NCBI GenBank assembly: GCA_032117595.1
Contig: JAULYZ010000087.1
Span: 665 to 64,664, forward strand
Direction: 5' to 3'
Origin: Acidimicrobiia bacterium
Lineage (GTDB): Bacteria; Actinomycetota; Acidimicrobiia; Acidimicrobiales; Ilumatobacteraceae
Length of the DNA: 64,000 nt
The notes beneath the pieces are model-generated. The model had not been told where the DNA came from. It was given only the letters and a program-made list of their open reading frames with translations, and made no database searches. Position numbers and translations under genes: made by a program. Of this stretch, positions 35,644 to 47,043 are shown in pieces; within the stretch, counting starts at the first letter, position 1; every line of letters begins with the position of its first letter.

Positions 35644-35652
35644 TGAGTTGTT

Positions 35653-36666
35653 GTGCATCTCGACGACTTCGATTACCACCTCCCCGACGAGCGGATAGCG
35701 CAGACCCCGCTCGAGCCGCGTGACAGCGCCCGCCTGCTGGTGGACCGGGGAACGCTCGCGCCGGAACATCGCCACATCCGTGATCTGCTCGACCTGCTGC
35801 AACCCGGTGACGTCCTGGTGGTGAACGATTCCAAGGTCATTCCAGCGCGACTGCGGCTGCGCCGGCAGAGCGGCGGTGCCGTGGAGGTGCTCCTGCTCGA
35901 GCAGGACGACACCGATGAACGCTGCTGGACGGCGCTCGCTCGCCCTGCGCGCAAACTCCGGATCGGGGAGGTGCTCGTCGATTCGCTCGGCGTCCCCGTG
36001 CTCGAGCTCGGCGGCCGGTCATCTTCCGGCGACACCGTGCGTGTTGCTGTGCTCGGCGAGGACGATCCATTCCTCACCCTGGCGCGCCTCGGAGAGATGC
36101 CGCTGCCGCCGTACATCACGGCGCCACTCGAGGACCCCGAGCGCTATCAGACCGTGTACGCGACTCGGCCGGGTTCGGCCGCGGCCCCCACGGCCGGCCT
36201 GCACCTCACTGCCTCCCTGCTCGACGAGTTGGCAGGGCGTGGGATACCGCTGCTGCGCGTGGAACTTGTCGTCGGGCTCGACACGTTCCGCCCGGTGTCC
36301 ACCGACGACCCCACTGCACACGTGATGCACAGCGAGCGGTACCACGTGGATCCGGTCGTGCTCGAGCGTTGTCGTGCAGCCGAACGTGTGGTGGCAGTGG
36401 GTACCACGAGCGTGCGCGCCCTCGAGTCAGCAGCCACCTTCGGCGAAACGTCGGGTCGTACCCGTTTGTTCATCCACCGGGGGTACGACTGGAAGGTCGT
36501 CGATCTCATGCTCACCAACTTCCACCTCCCGCGCACCACGCTCCTGCTCATGATCGACGCATTCGTCGGCCCTCGCTGGCGGCGCCTCTACGAATCGGCG
36601 CTGTCGGAGCAGTACCGGTTCCTGTCCTTCGGTGATGCCATGCTGCTCGACCGAGGAGCGGCTTGA
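35653..36666 (+). CDS. queA: S-adenosylmethionine:tRNA ribosyltransferase-isomerase
   Basis: FDYHLPDERIAQTPLEPRDSARLL, VVNDSKVIPARL, PLPPYI, TNFHLPRTTLL. Confidence 0.95.
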   Translation: MHLDDFDYHLPDERIAQTPLEPRDSARLLVDRGTLAPEHRHIRDLLDLLQPGDVLVVNDSKVIPARLRLRRQSGGAVEVLLLEQDDTDERCWTALARPARKLRIGEVLVDSLGVPVLELGGRSSSGDTVRVAVLGEDDPFLTLARLGEMPLPPYITAPLEDPERYQTVYATRPGSAAAPTAGLHLTASLLDELAGRGIPLLRVELVVGLDTFRPVSTDDPTAHVMHSERYHVDPVVLERCRAAERVVAVGTTSVRALESAATFGETSGRTRLFIHRGYDWKVVDLMLTNFHLPRTTLLLMIDAFVGPRWRRLYESALSEQYRFLSFGDAMLLDRGAA

Positions 36667-37763
36667 TGAGAGACGTCACGATGGAGATCATCGCCCGCGA
36701 CGGCGCGGCGCGACGCGGGCAGGCCACCACGGCGCGCGGCACCTACGAAACCCCGCTCTTCATGCCCGTCGGCACGCGTGGAGCGATCAAGTACCTGAGC
36801 GCCGCCGATTATGAGCGTCTTGGTGCCGAGATCGTGCTCGGGAACACGTACCACCTGATGCTGCGGCCCGGTGCCGAAACGGTCGCACGGTTCGGCGGTC
36901 TGGGCGCGTTCGCGGGTTGGCGCGGCCAGACACTCACCGACTCGGGCGGGTATCAGGTCTTCTCGCTCGAGCCCAAGATCGACGACGACGGCGTGACCTT
37001 TCGCTCCACCTACGACGGTTCGTGGCAACGATTCACCCCCGAGCTGGCCGTGCACACCCAGGAGTTGCTCGGTGCCGACATCCAGATGGTGCTCGACGTG
37101 TGCCCGCCCCTGCCGTCGACACCCGAGGTAGTCGAACGGGCGCATCGGTTGACGCTGTCGTGGGCGACGCGCGCGCGCGCCACACACCAACGCGACGATC
37201 AGGCGCTCTTCGGGATCGTCCAAGGTGGCCTCGACGACCGATGGAGGGCCGAGAGCGCCCAGGCGCTCGTCTCGATCGGATTCAACGGGTACGGCATCGG
37301 TGGCCTCAGCGTGGGGGAGACGCGCCAGGAGATGCTGCCGGCGCTCGCTGCCGCGATCGCCCACCTGCCCGACGACCGACCTCGTTACTTGATGGGCGTT
37401 GGTGATCCCGCATCGATCGTGGAGGCCGTGGCGCTCGGTGTCGACCAGTTCGACTGTGTGCTCCAGACCCGCATCGGGCGGCATGGAACAGCGCTCACTG
37501 CAGCCGGGAAGCTGCACGTGAAGAATGCCCGGCACGCGCTCGAGGACGCCCCGCTGGACGAGACCTGCCCGTGCGAGGTCTGCGCCCGTCATTCTCGCGG
37601 CTACATCCGGCACCTGTTTCAGGTGAACGAGCCCACCGCAGCGCGTCTGGTCTCGATCCACAACATTGCGTGGACGATCGACCTCATGTCGAGAATCCGG
37701 TCCGCGATCAGCGGTGGTCACCTCGACCGCCTGCGACGCGAGGTCCTCGAGGTCTGGGGCTAG
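36666..37763 (+). CDS. tgt: tRNA-guanine transglycosylase
   Basis: TPLFMPVGT, TDSGGYQVFS, zinc site CPCEVCARHSRGYIRHL. ATG overlaps the last base of the queA stop; TTG 36663 is an alternative start. Confidence 0.95.
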   Translation: MRDVTMEIIARDGAARRGQATTARGTYETPLFMPVGTRGAIKYLSAADYERLGAEIVLGNTYHLMLRPGAETVARFGGLGAFAGWRGQTLTDSGGYQVFSLEPKIDDDGVTFRSTYDGSWQRFTPELAVHTQELLGADIQMVLDVCPPLPSTPEVVERAHRLTLSWATRARATHQRDDQALFGIVQGGLDDRWRAESAQALVSIGFNGYGIGGLSVGETRQEMLPALAAAIAHLPDDRPRYLMGVGDPASIVEAVALGVDQFDCVLQTRIGRHGTALTAAGKLHVKNARHALEDAPLDETCPCEVCARHSRGYIRHLFQVNEPTAARLVSIHNIAWTIDLMSRIRSAISGGHLDRLRREVLEVWG

Positions 37764-37779
37764 GAGCGCCCCGCACCGG

Positions 37780-37800
37780 AAGGTCCCGGTAGCGGGCCTT
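37780..37800 (+). terminator. GC-rich hairpin after tgt (weak intrinsic terminator candidate)
   Basis: AAGG(U)CCCG-GUAG-CGGGCCUU, an 8-bp stem with one bulge, 17 nt after the tgt stop, followed by GGGUGUGUGAUG (only modestly U-rich). Confidence 0.3.
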
Positions 37801-37882
37801 GGGTGTGTGATGAAGGCTGGTGGCGGGCGCAACCCCGGCGGGAACACCCTCCGATGGTCACCACCGGCGCCCCCTCGCCCGC

Positions 37883-37888
37883 TAGCCT
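37883..37888 (+). promoter_or_regulatory. -10-like hexamer TAGCCT for yajC-secD-secF (leadered)
   Basis: TANNNT 40 nt upstream of the yajC ATG, followed by AGGTGG SD. Confidence 0.3.
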
Positions 37889-37928
37889 CGGCCGCTGGCA
37901 TCCCTCCGATCACTCAGGTGGCCCCCAC

Positions 37929-38333
37929 ATGCTGTCGTTCGTCTCACTGCTCGCTCAGGAGTCCGAGAAGAGTTCCTCCTCCGCGTCCGGGTTGATCACC
38001 TTCATCCCGATCGTGCTCATCGGTGCGGCCATGTACTTCCTGCTCATCCGCCCGCAGCGCAAGCGCATGCGTGACCAGCAATCGATGCTGAAGACCATCG
38101 AGAAGGGTGACGAGATCATCACTACGGGCGGGGTGTACGGATTCGTCACGGTGGTGGACGGCGACACGCTCTGGGTCGACATCGGCCATGCCGATCAGGA
38201 GGTGGAGATCCGCATCCACCGTTCCGCCATCCAGCGAAAGATCGTGCCGGCGGTGGAGCCTGCTGGTGGCCAGCCCCTTCCCGAGCCGTCCTCGGGCAAC
38301 GACTCGACCGACGAGGGAAAGTCGGACAAGTAA
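37929..38333 (+). CDS. yajC: preprotein translocase subunit YajC
   Basis: IVLIGAAMYFLLIRPQRKRMRDQQSMLKTIEKGDEIITTGGVYG. AGGTGG SD 7 nt upstream. Confidence 0.9.
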   Translation: MLSFVSLLAQESEKSSSSASGLITFIPIVLIGAAMYFLLIRPQRKRMRDQQSMLKTIEKGDEIITTGGVYGFVTVVDGDTLWVDIGHADQEVEIRIHRSAIQRKIVPAVEPAGGQPLPEPSSGNDSTDEGKSDK

Positions 38334-38336
38334 GCG

Positions 38337-40028
38337 ATGCGTCGACGTCTTCTTGCGTCGCTCATCGGGGTGATCGTGGTTGCCCTGGGCGGCTTGATCA
38401 CGAATCTTGCGGTGGGGAACGAGCCACTGCTGGGTCTCGACCTGCAGGGCGGGGCCTCGGTGACGCTGCGTCCCGCCTACGGGGATCCCGATCCCGCCGC
38501 CATGGCCGAAGTCGTGCGGCTCTATCGCTCGCGCATCGAGAGCCTCAACATCGGTGAGGCCGAGGTGGTGCGCCAGGGGAACACCATCGTGGTGAACCTG
38601 CCCGGTGTGAAGGATCAGGAGCGGGCGCTCAAGTTGATCGGCACCACCGGCAAGGTCACGTTCCGCCCGGTGCTCTCGCGACAGGGCGGGTTCTCCGGCC
38701 TGACGGTGCCGCTCACCGGACCGAGTGGGGTCAGCGGTGCAACCGGTGCCGGCATACCCACCACCGCCCCAGCCACCACATCGCCAACGTCATCGTCCTC
38801 CACGGCACCCACCACCACCCAAGCAGCCTCGGGCGCCCCCACGACCGCTGCGCCGGGTCCGGGCCGTCTCCCAGCGCAGGCTCCGACAACCACGGCATCA
38901 CCCGCCACTCCGGCTCCGACCACGGCGGCTCCGGGCACGGCGGCGACCCCCACCACGGGGGTCCCGACCACCGCTGCCGGCGGCCCCACCACCTCTGCTC
39001 CGCCGTTCGATTTCTCTGCGTTGCTGACGCCGGCCGATCAGGACCTTCCCGACAAGCGAGTGACCCTGCCCGACCGCAACGGCACCACGATCTACTCGCT
39101 CGGTCCGGTCTTCGCCCAGGGAGAGGACGCGGTCGAGTCAGCCTCCGCCGAGATCGACCAGCAAACCGGTTTCTGGCAGGTGTCGCTCACGCTCAACGGC
39201 GGCGACAAGGGATTGGGGGCATGGAACTCGGCGGCGTCGCAATGCTTCCAGCGCGCGGGGTCCTGCACCGACGGTGGCATGGCGATCATCATCGACCATC
39301 AGGTGATCTCGGCGCCCGTTCCCCAGCAGCAGTTCTTCGACTCGCCCGAGATCCGCATCACCGGTGATTTCAAGGAGGACGAGGCGACCAACATCGCCCG
39401 AGTGCTGCGCTACGGCGCGACTCCGGTGGAAATGCGTGCCGAGGAGTCCCGCACGGTGTCGGCCACGCTGGGCAAGGACTCCCTGCGCGCCGGAATCATC
39501 TCCGGCATCATCGGCGTCTCGCTGGTGCTGATCCTGATGCTGCTGTACTACCGGTCGCTCGCACTCGTCGTGGTCGGTGGTCTGGCGATCTCGGGCATGT
39601 TCATCTGGAGCATGATCACGATGTTCGACAACTTCTTCGTGCTCACGCTCGCCGGCGTTACGGGAATCATCGTGTCGGTCGGTGTGACCGTGGACTCCTA
39701 CGTGGTGTACTTCGAGCGTCTGAAGGACGAGGTGCGGGGCGGTCGTTCGGTGCGCACCTCTGCGCAACGCGGGTTCGCCTCGGCGTGGCGCACGATTCTG
39801 GCGGCCGACTTCGTCTCGCTCCTCGGTGCGGTGGTGCTGTGGTACCTCTCGGTGGGTTCGGTCCGCGGTTTCGCCCTCTTCCTCGGTCTCTCGACCGTCT
39901 GTGACATGGTCGTTGCGTGGTTCTTCACCCGGCCTGCGGTGAACCTCCTCGCCCGGAGCCAGCGCTTCCAGCGTCGCGTGCTCGGCGTGAAGGTCGCTGC
40001 GACCGCCCCGCAGGGAGGTGCGGCATGA
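38337..40028 (+). CDS. secD: protein translocase subunit SecD
   Basis: GLDLQGGASV, C-terminal 6-TM SecD/F core. Contains a Pro/Thr/Ala-rich insert. Confidence 0.95.
   Translation: MRRRLLASLIGVIVVALGGLITNLAVGNEPLLGLDLQGGASVTLRPAYGDPDPAAMAEVVRLYRSRIESLNIGEAEVVRQGNTIVVNLPGVKDQERALKLIGTTGKVTFRPVLSRQGGFSGLTVPLTGPSGVSGATGAGIPTTAPATTSPTSSSSTAPTTTQAASGAPTTAAPGPGRLPAQAPTTTASPATPAPTTAAPGTAATPTTGVPTTAAGGPTTSAPPFDFSALLTPADQDLPDKRVTLPDRNGTTIYSLGPVFAQGEDAVESASAEIDQQTGFWQVSLTLNGGDKGLGAWNSAASQCFQRAGSCTDGGMAIIIDHQVISAPVPQQQFFDSPEIRITGDFKEDEATNIARVLRYGATPVEMRAEESRTVSATLGKDSLRAGIISGIIGVSLVLILMLLYYRSLALVVVGGLAISGMFIWSMITMFDNFFVLTLAGVTGIIVSVGVTVDSYVVYFERLKDEVRGGRSVRTSAQRGFASAWRTILAADFVSLLGAVVLWYLSVGSVRGFALFLGLSTVCDMVVAWFFTRPAVNLLARSQRFQRRVLGVKVAATAPQGGAA
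38718..39005 (+). repeat. low-complexity Pro/Thr/Ala/Ser-rich coding insert inside secD
   Basis: Translated stretch GPSGVSGATGAGIPTTAPATTSPTSSSSTAPTTTQAASGAPTTAAPGPG..PTTAAGGPTTSAPP. Confidence 0.8.
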
Positions 40029-41191
40029 CCGACACAGCTGCTCAGGCGCCTGCTCGGCGCTCCCTGTGGGGAAGGCTGTACCACGGCGAGACCACCGTGG
40101 ACTTCGTGGGGCGCTCCCGGATCGCCGTTGCCGTCTCGGTGCTCTTCATCGTGGTGAGCGCGCTCTTCATCGGATTTCGGGGGCTGAACCTCGGCATCGA
40201 CTTCGAGGGCGGCATCTCGTGGGAGGTCTCCTCGGCGGGGGTCACCACCGGTGACGTCGAGGAGATCCTGCGCAAGAACGGGATCGACCCGGGTGATTCC
40301 AAGATCGAGTTCCTCTCGAGCCGCGGCGACGGTGGCGATCGTGTTCGGGTGCAGGTGCCCGTGCAGACCGAGGCAGTGCGTGACGCCGTCAGTGCGCAGC
40401 TCGCGGAGGCTGCGGGCGTCACCACCGACGACGTCACCAAGAACGAGGTGAGCGCCACGTGGGGTCAGGAGATCACCAAGAAGGCGATCACCGCCCTCAT
40501 TGTCTTCGTCGTCCTGCTCTCGGTCTACATCTCGTGGCGTTTCGAGTGGAAGATGGCGGTCGCTGCCATTGTCGCGATGCTCCACGACGTGGCCATCAGC
40601 GTCGGCGTCTACGCCATCCTCAACCTGACGGTGGCGCCGGCCACCGTTATCGCCTTCCTGACGATCCTCGGGTTCTCCCTCTACGACACGATCGTCGTGT
40701 TCGACAAGGTGCACGAGAACGCCCGGCGGTTCGGGACCTCGCGGGTGGGATACGGCGACATCGTGAACCTGTCCTCCAACGAGGTGCTGATGCGCTCGTT
40801 GAACACGAGTCTCGCCGCCGTGTTGCCGGTGGTCTCGGTGCTGGTGGTCGGTGCTGCAATCATGGGCGTGGAGGTCCTGGTTGACTTTGCACTGGCACTG
40901 CTCGTGGGTCTCGCCACGGGTTCGTACTCCTCGCTGTTCATCGCGACCCCCATCCTCGTGTGGCTGAAGGGCCGCGAGAAGAAGTGGGCGGCGACGCGTC
41001 ACCGTCATGCCTCGGGCGAGGAACTGGCCCGTTTGCGTGTTGCCGGGGCCGCCGCCATGGCCTCGGCCCCCAAGGGTGCGCCTCGCGGCCAGGGTGTAGC
41101 GAGCACCACGGAGCCAGCAGCGAGCGTTGCCGTCGACGCACAGGCAGTGCTCACACACCCACCGCGCCCGCGCAAGAAGCGGCGGCGATAG
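40025..41191 (+). CDS. secF: protein translocase subunit SecF
   Basis: LGIDFEGG, SecD/F TM core (TILGFSLYDTIVVFD). ATGA overlap with secD. Confidence 0.95.
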   Translation: MTDTAAQAPARRSLWGRLYHGETTVDFVGRSRIAVAVSVLFIVVSALFIGFRGLNLGIDFEGGISWEVSSAGVTTGDVEEILRKNGIDPGDSKIEFLSSRGDGGDRVRVQVPVQTEAVRDAVSAQLAEAAGVTTDDVTKNEVSATWGQEITKKAITALIVFVVLLSVYISWRFEWKMAVAAIVAMLHDVAISVGVYAILNLTVAPATVIAFLTILGFSLYDTIVVFDKVHENARRFGTSRVGYGDIVNLSSNEVLMRSLNTSLAAVLPVVSVLVVGAAIMGVEVLVDFALALLVGLATGSYSSLFIATPILVWLKGREKKWAATRHRHASGEELARLRVAGAAAMASAPKGAPRGQGVASTTEPAASVAVDAQAVLTHPPRPRKKRRR

Positions 41192-41200
41192 CGCCACCGC

Positions 41201-41206
41201 TAGCCT
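41201..41206 (+). promoter_or_regulatory. -10 hexamer TAGCCT, leaderless-type, apt
   Basis: TAGCCT, 6 nt, ATG. Confidence 0.45.
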
Positions 41207-41212
41207 GCGGAC

Positions 41213-41740
41213 ATGAAGGTCGACCCAACCGGTCTCTGGGACTTCGTGCGAGAGATTCCCGACTACCCGAAGCCGGGAGTGGTGTTTCGTGACCTGACCC
41301 CGCTCTTCGGGGACGCTCAGGCGTTCCGACGGTCCGTCGATCTCCTGGTCGAGCGCTTCTCGGCGGTGAGGGTCGATCGAGTGATCGGCATCGAGGCGCG
41401 GGGGTTTGTCCTCGCCGCTCCGGTTGCGTACTGCCTCGGTGCCGGATTCGTCCCTGTGCGCAAGCCCGGCAAACTGCCGTGGGCTGTTGTGCGCGAGGAG
41501 TACGAGTTGGAGTACGGAACCGACCGGCTCGAGATTCACCGCGATGCGCTGCATCCCGACGAGCAGGTGCTCGTCATCGACGATGTGCTCGCCACCGGCG
41601 GCACGGCGAATGCGACCTGTGCGTTGGTGGAAGCCCTCGGGGCGACGGTTGCCGGCGTCGGCGTCGTCCTCGAGATTGCTGCGCTCGGTGGAAGGGATCG
41701 ACTCGCTGGTCGACACCTCGAAGCGTTGTTGGTCTGCTGA
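41213..41740 (+). CDS. apt: adenine phosphoribosyltransferase
   Basis: IPDYPKPGVVFRDLTPL, PRPP motif VLVIDDVLATGGTA. Confidence 0.95.
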   Translation: MKVDPTGLWDFVREIPDYPKPGVVFRDLTPLFGDAQAFRRSVDLLVERFSAVRVDRVIGIEARGFVLAAPVAYCLGAGFVPVRKPGKLPWAVVREEYELEYGTDRLEIHRDALHPDEQVLVIDDVLATGGTANATCALVEALGATVAGVGVVLEIAALGGRDRLAGRHLEALLVC

Positions 41741-41749
41741 GGCGATTGC

Positions 41750-43963
41750 GTGGCAACCGTCGACCGTGTGCTGCCGTGGCGCCGGAGCGCGCCGAGTTCG
41801 GCTGATGAACTCGCCCCGATTCTCGTCCCATTCCGGCAGCGCCACCCCAAGGCAAATGTCGGACTCGTCCAGCGCGCCTACGAGGTGGCAGCGCAGGCGC
41901 ACCTGAATCAGCGCCGACTCACGGGCGAGAGTTACATCAACCACCCCATCCAGGTCGCCAAGATCGTTGCGGAGATCGGCCTCGACGATGTCTCGCTCGC
42001 TGCAGCGCTGCTCCACGACTCGGTCGAGGACACCGACCTGACACTCGCCGATGTGGAGGGGGAGTTCGGCTCCGAGGTTGCCGATCTCGTCGATGGCCTC
42101 ACCAAGCTGGACCGGATTCATTTCGATTCCAAGGAGGCGCAGCAGGCCGCCACGATGCGCAAGATGCTCGTGGCGATTGCCCGCGACCTCCGGGTGCTCA
42201 TCATCAAGCTTGCGGACCGGCTCCACAACATGCGAACCCTTGCGGGAATGTCTGCCGAGAAGCAGCGCAGAATCGCGCAGGAGACCCTCGACATCTATGC
42301 GCCGCTCGCCAACCGACTGGGTATGGAAGAGCTCAAGACCCAATTGGAGGAGTTGTCCTTCGCGGCGCTCTACCCGAAGCGCTTCGCCGAGCTCGACCAT
42401 CTGGTCTCGACGCGCACCCCGGGGCGAGAGGTGTATCTCGCCAAGGCTGTCGCGGAGATCAACGCCCGGCTCGGCGACCTGAAGATCCCTGCCGACGTAC
42501 GCGGACGTCCGAAGCAGCTCTGGAGCATCTACGAGAAGATGGTCCACAAGAGCAAGGAGTTCGAGGAGATCTTCGACCTCGTCGCCATCCGTATCGTCGT
42601 CGACTCGGTCAAGGACTGTTACGCCGCGCTGGGCTGCATCCATGGGATGTGGAGACCGGTGGTGGGGCGTTTCAAGGATTACATCGCGATGCCCAAGTTC
42701 AACCTCTATCAGTCGCTTCACACAACGGTGGTCGACCACGAGGGAAAGACCATCGAGGTGCAGATCCGCAGCAAGGAGATGCACCAGCGCGCCGAGTGGG
42801 GCGTCGCTGCGCACTGGGCCTACAAGCAGAATGCTCCGGCCGGCGACATGGACTGGCTGAACCGGATCATCGACTGGCAGGACGACTCCTCGGATCCGGC
42901 CCAGTTCATGGAGCAGTTGAAGATCGACCTCGAGCCCGACGAGGTGTTCGTGTTCACCCCTAAGGGGAAGGTGGTGTCGCTGCCCACTGGGGCGACCCCG
43001 ATCGATTTCGCGTACGCCGTGCATACCGAGGTTGGGCACGCGTGCATCGGGGCGCGTGTGAACGGCCGCCTCGCCCCACTCGACTACCGGCTCCGCTCCG
43101 GCGAGACGTGTGAGATCTTCACCTCGAAGGTGGAGGGCGCTGGGCCGTCGCAGGACTGGCTGCAGATCGTTGCCTCGCCCCGTTCTCGCCACAAGATCCG
43201 TCAGTGGTTCTCCCGTGAACGGCGCGACGACATGCTCGAGGCCGGCCGGGAAGCCTTCGTGAAGGAACTCCGGCGGCTCGACCTCCCCGTGGCGCGGACG
43301 CTCGATGGTGATGCGCTGACTCGTCTTGCGGAGGACGCCAATTATGGAGACGTCGAGTCGCTGTTCGTCGGGATCGGGGAGGGCCATGTCTCAGCACGCG
43401 GTATTGCCCAACAACTCCACCGGGCACTGGTCGAGGAGACCGAAGAGTTCGCCCCAACCACGGTCACCAAGCCACGCAGTACGCGTCCCGGTGGCAACCG
43501 GGTAGGGATCCACGTCGAGGGGTTCGACGATGTGCTCGTCCGTCTCTCGAAGTGCTGCACGCCCGTGCCCGGTGATCCGATCCTCGGGTTCGTCACCCGC
43601 GGGCGCGGTGTCTCGGTGCACCGGGCCGACTGCGCGAACGCCGTCTCGCTCGCAGGGGGCCAGCCCGCCCGCCTGATCGAGGTGGAATGGGACCGTGAGT
43701 CGACCGGAGCGGAGTTCCGCGCGGCTGTCGAGGTGGTGGCTCTCGACCGCACACGCCTTCTGCGGGACGTTGCGAATACGCTCTCGGACCAGCACGTGAA
43801 CATCGTCGCCTGCTCCACGCACACCGGCTCCGACCGTGTTGCAAAGATGCGGTTCGAGTTCGAACTCGCCGACCCGGCTCACCTCGAGATGGTGTTGCGA
43901 ACCATCAGGAAGATCGACGGGGTGTACGAGGCGTATCGGCAGCTCCCCGGTGCGGGCCGCTGA
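41750..43963 (+). CDS. relA: bifunctional (p)ppGpp synthetase/hydrolase (RelA/SpoT homolog)
   Basis: HD domain (HPIQVAKIV..LLHDSVEDT), synthetase domain (RPKQLWSIYEKM, YQSLHTTV), TGS and ACT-like C-terminus. Confidence 0.95.
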   Translation: MATVDRVLPWRRSAPSSADELAPILVPFRQRHPKANVGLVQRAYEVAAQAHLNQRRLTGESYINHPIQVAKIVAEIGLDDVSLAAALLHDSVEDTDLTLADVEGEFGSEVADLVDGLTKLDRIHFDSKEAQQAATMRKMLVAIARDLRVLIIKLADRLHNMRTLAGMSAEKQRRIAQETLDIYAPLANRLGMEELKTQLEELSFAALYPKRFAELDHLVSTRTPGREVYLAKAVAEINARLGDLKIPADVRGRPKQLWSIYEKMVHKSKEFEEIFDLVAIRIVVDSVKDCYAALGCIHGMWRPVVGRFKDYIAMPKFNLYQSLHTTVVDHEGKTIEVQIRSKEMHQRAEWGVAAHWAYKQNAPAGDMDWLNRIIDWQDDSSDPAQFMEQLKIDLEPDEVFVFTPKGKVVSLPTGATPIDFAYAVHTEVGHACIGARVNGRLAPLDYRLRSGETCEIFTSKVEGAGPSQDWLQIVASPRSRHKIRQWFSRERRDDMLEAGREAFVKELRRLDLPVARTLDGDALTRLAEDANYGDVESLFVGIGEGHVSARGIAQQLHRALVEETEEFAPTTVTKPRSTRPGGNRVGIHVEGFDDVLVRLSKCCTPVPGDPILGFVTRGRGVSVHRADCANAVSLAGGQPARLIEVEWDRESTGAEFRAAVEVVALDRTRLLRDVANTLSDQHVNIVACSTHTGSDRVAKMRFEFELADPAHLEMVLRTIRKIDGVYEAYRQLPGAGR

Positions 43964-44000
43964 GCCCGACGGGGTAGCCCGGCCCAAAGTGCCGATCCGG

Positions 44001-44006
44001 TAGCCT
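44001..44006 (+). promoter_or_regulatory. -10 hexamer TAGCCT, leaderless-type, hisS
   Basis: TAGCCT, 8 nt, GTG. Confidence 0.4.
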
Positions 44007-44014
44007 CGTCGATC

Positions 44015-45279
44015 GTGCCCGAGTTCCAGACCAGTCCGGGGACGCGCGACATCCTTGCGCCCGAGAGCGCACGGTGGCGGCGCCTTGTCTCGGTATTCGC
44101 CGAGGTGGTCGAGTCCGCCGGTTTCGGTCAGATCATCCCGCCGATGTTCGAGGACCTCGGTGTTTTCCTCCGGATCGGCGAGGCCACCGAGATCGTCACC
44201 AAGGAGATGTACGACTTCGAGGACAAAGGTGGGCGGCGGGTCGCGCTGCGCCCGGAGATGACGGCCGGTGTGGTGAGGGCCTTTGTCCAGCACCGCCCGG
44301 TGACGCCCTGGAAGGCGTGGTACGCAGGACCCAACTTCCGGTACGAGAAAGCGCAGCAGGGTCGTTACCGCCAGTTCGATCAGGTAGGTGTCGAGGTGCT
44401 CGGTGTCGACGACCCGCACCTGGACGCCGAGGTGATCTCGCTCGCTTGGGAGTTCTACGGTCGGCTCGGTCTCTCCCAGGTGCGGATCCTCGTGAACTCC
44501 CTCGGGGAGCCGGACGACCGGGCGAAGTACGTCGACGCGCTCCGGGCCTACTTCGAGTCGAATCTCGACTCACTCTCTCCCGAGAGTCGCCTGACCCTGG
44601 CGCGCAACCCACTGCGTGTCCTCGACTCCAAGCGGGAGGCCGATCGAGACGTGGTGGCAGGGGCGCCACTCATCGGTGAGTTCTACTCAGCAGCAGCAGC
44701 AGAACACTTTGCCTCGGTGCTGTCGGCGCTCGACCGGCTCGGTGTGCCGTACGAGGTTCGTCCGTCGCTCGTTCGTGGTCTCGACTACTACCGGCGCACC
44801 ACGTTCGAGTTCGTGGGTGGCGCTCTCGAGGCGTCGCAGAACGCCGTGGGCGGAGGCGGTCGGTACGACGGTCTCGCTGAGGACCTCGGCGGTCCCCGTA
44901 CCCCCGGTGTGGGGTTTGCGCTGGGCGTCGACCGGACTCTCCTCGAGTGCGATGCCGAGGGCGTCTTCGCCCCGCCGGCAAGGGCAGTGAGCGTCTTCGT
45001 CGTCGACGTCACCGGTGGGCTCGAGGCGCTCGGTCTCGTGAACGAGCTCCGTTCGCACGGGATTGCGGCTGACCGCGCGTACGAACAGCGGAGCATGAAG
45101 AGCCAGATGAAGGCCGCTGACCGTTCCGGTGCGACGTATGCGCTCATCGTCGGTGATGACGAGCTGCTAGCCGGTACCGTCGTCGTGCGCCAGCTCGTGG
45201 GACGGATCGGCGACGACCGGTCCCAGTACAGCGTCCAGCGATCCGAGATTGTCCCCACCATCAAGCGAGCACTCGAACC

Positions 45280-45283
<4 letters not shown>
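44015..45283 (+). CDS. hisS: histidine--tRNA ligase
   Basis: GTRD, FRYEKAQQGRYRQF, GGGGRYDGL. GTG start. Confidence 0.95.
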
Positions 45284-47025
<1,742 letters not shown>

Positions 47026-47043
47026 GCCGGCGGGCCGCTGACG

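Noticed and set aside
39698-43387. A 1229-aa minus-strand ORF spanning secD, secF, apt and relA. Similar long antisense ORFs occur at 3219-5180, 9200-11290, 13918-15621, 20251-22182, 23320-25131, 36588-37913, 44788-46983 and 48861-50081.
   Set aside because: Each lies opposite a gene with unmistakable family motifs. Their translations are Arg/Gly/Pro/His-rich with no recognisable motifs. Long stop-free antisense frames are expected in very GC-rich DNA.
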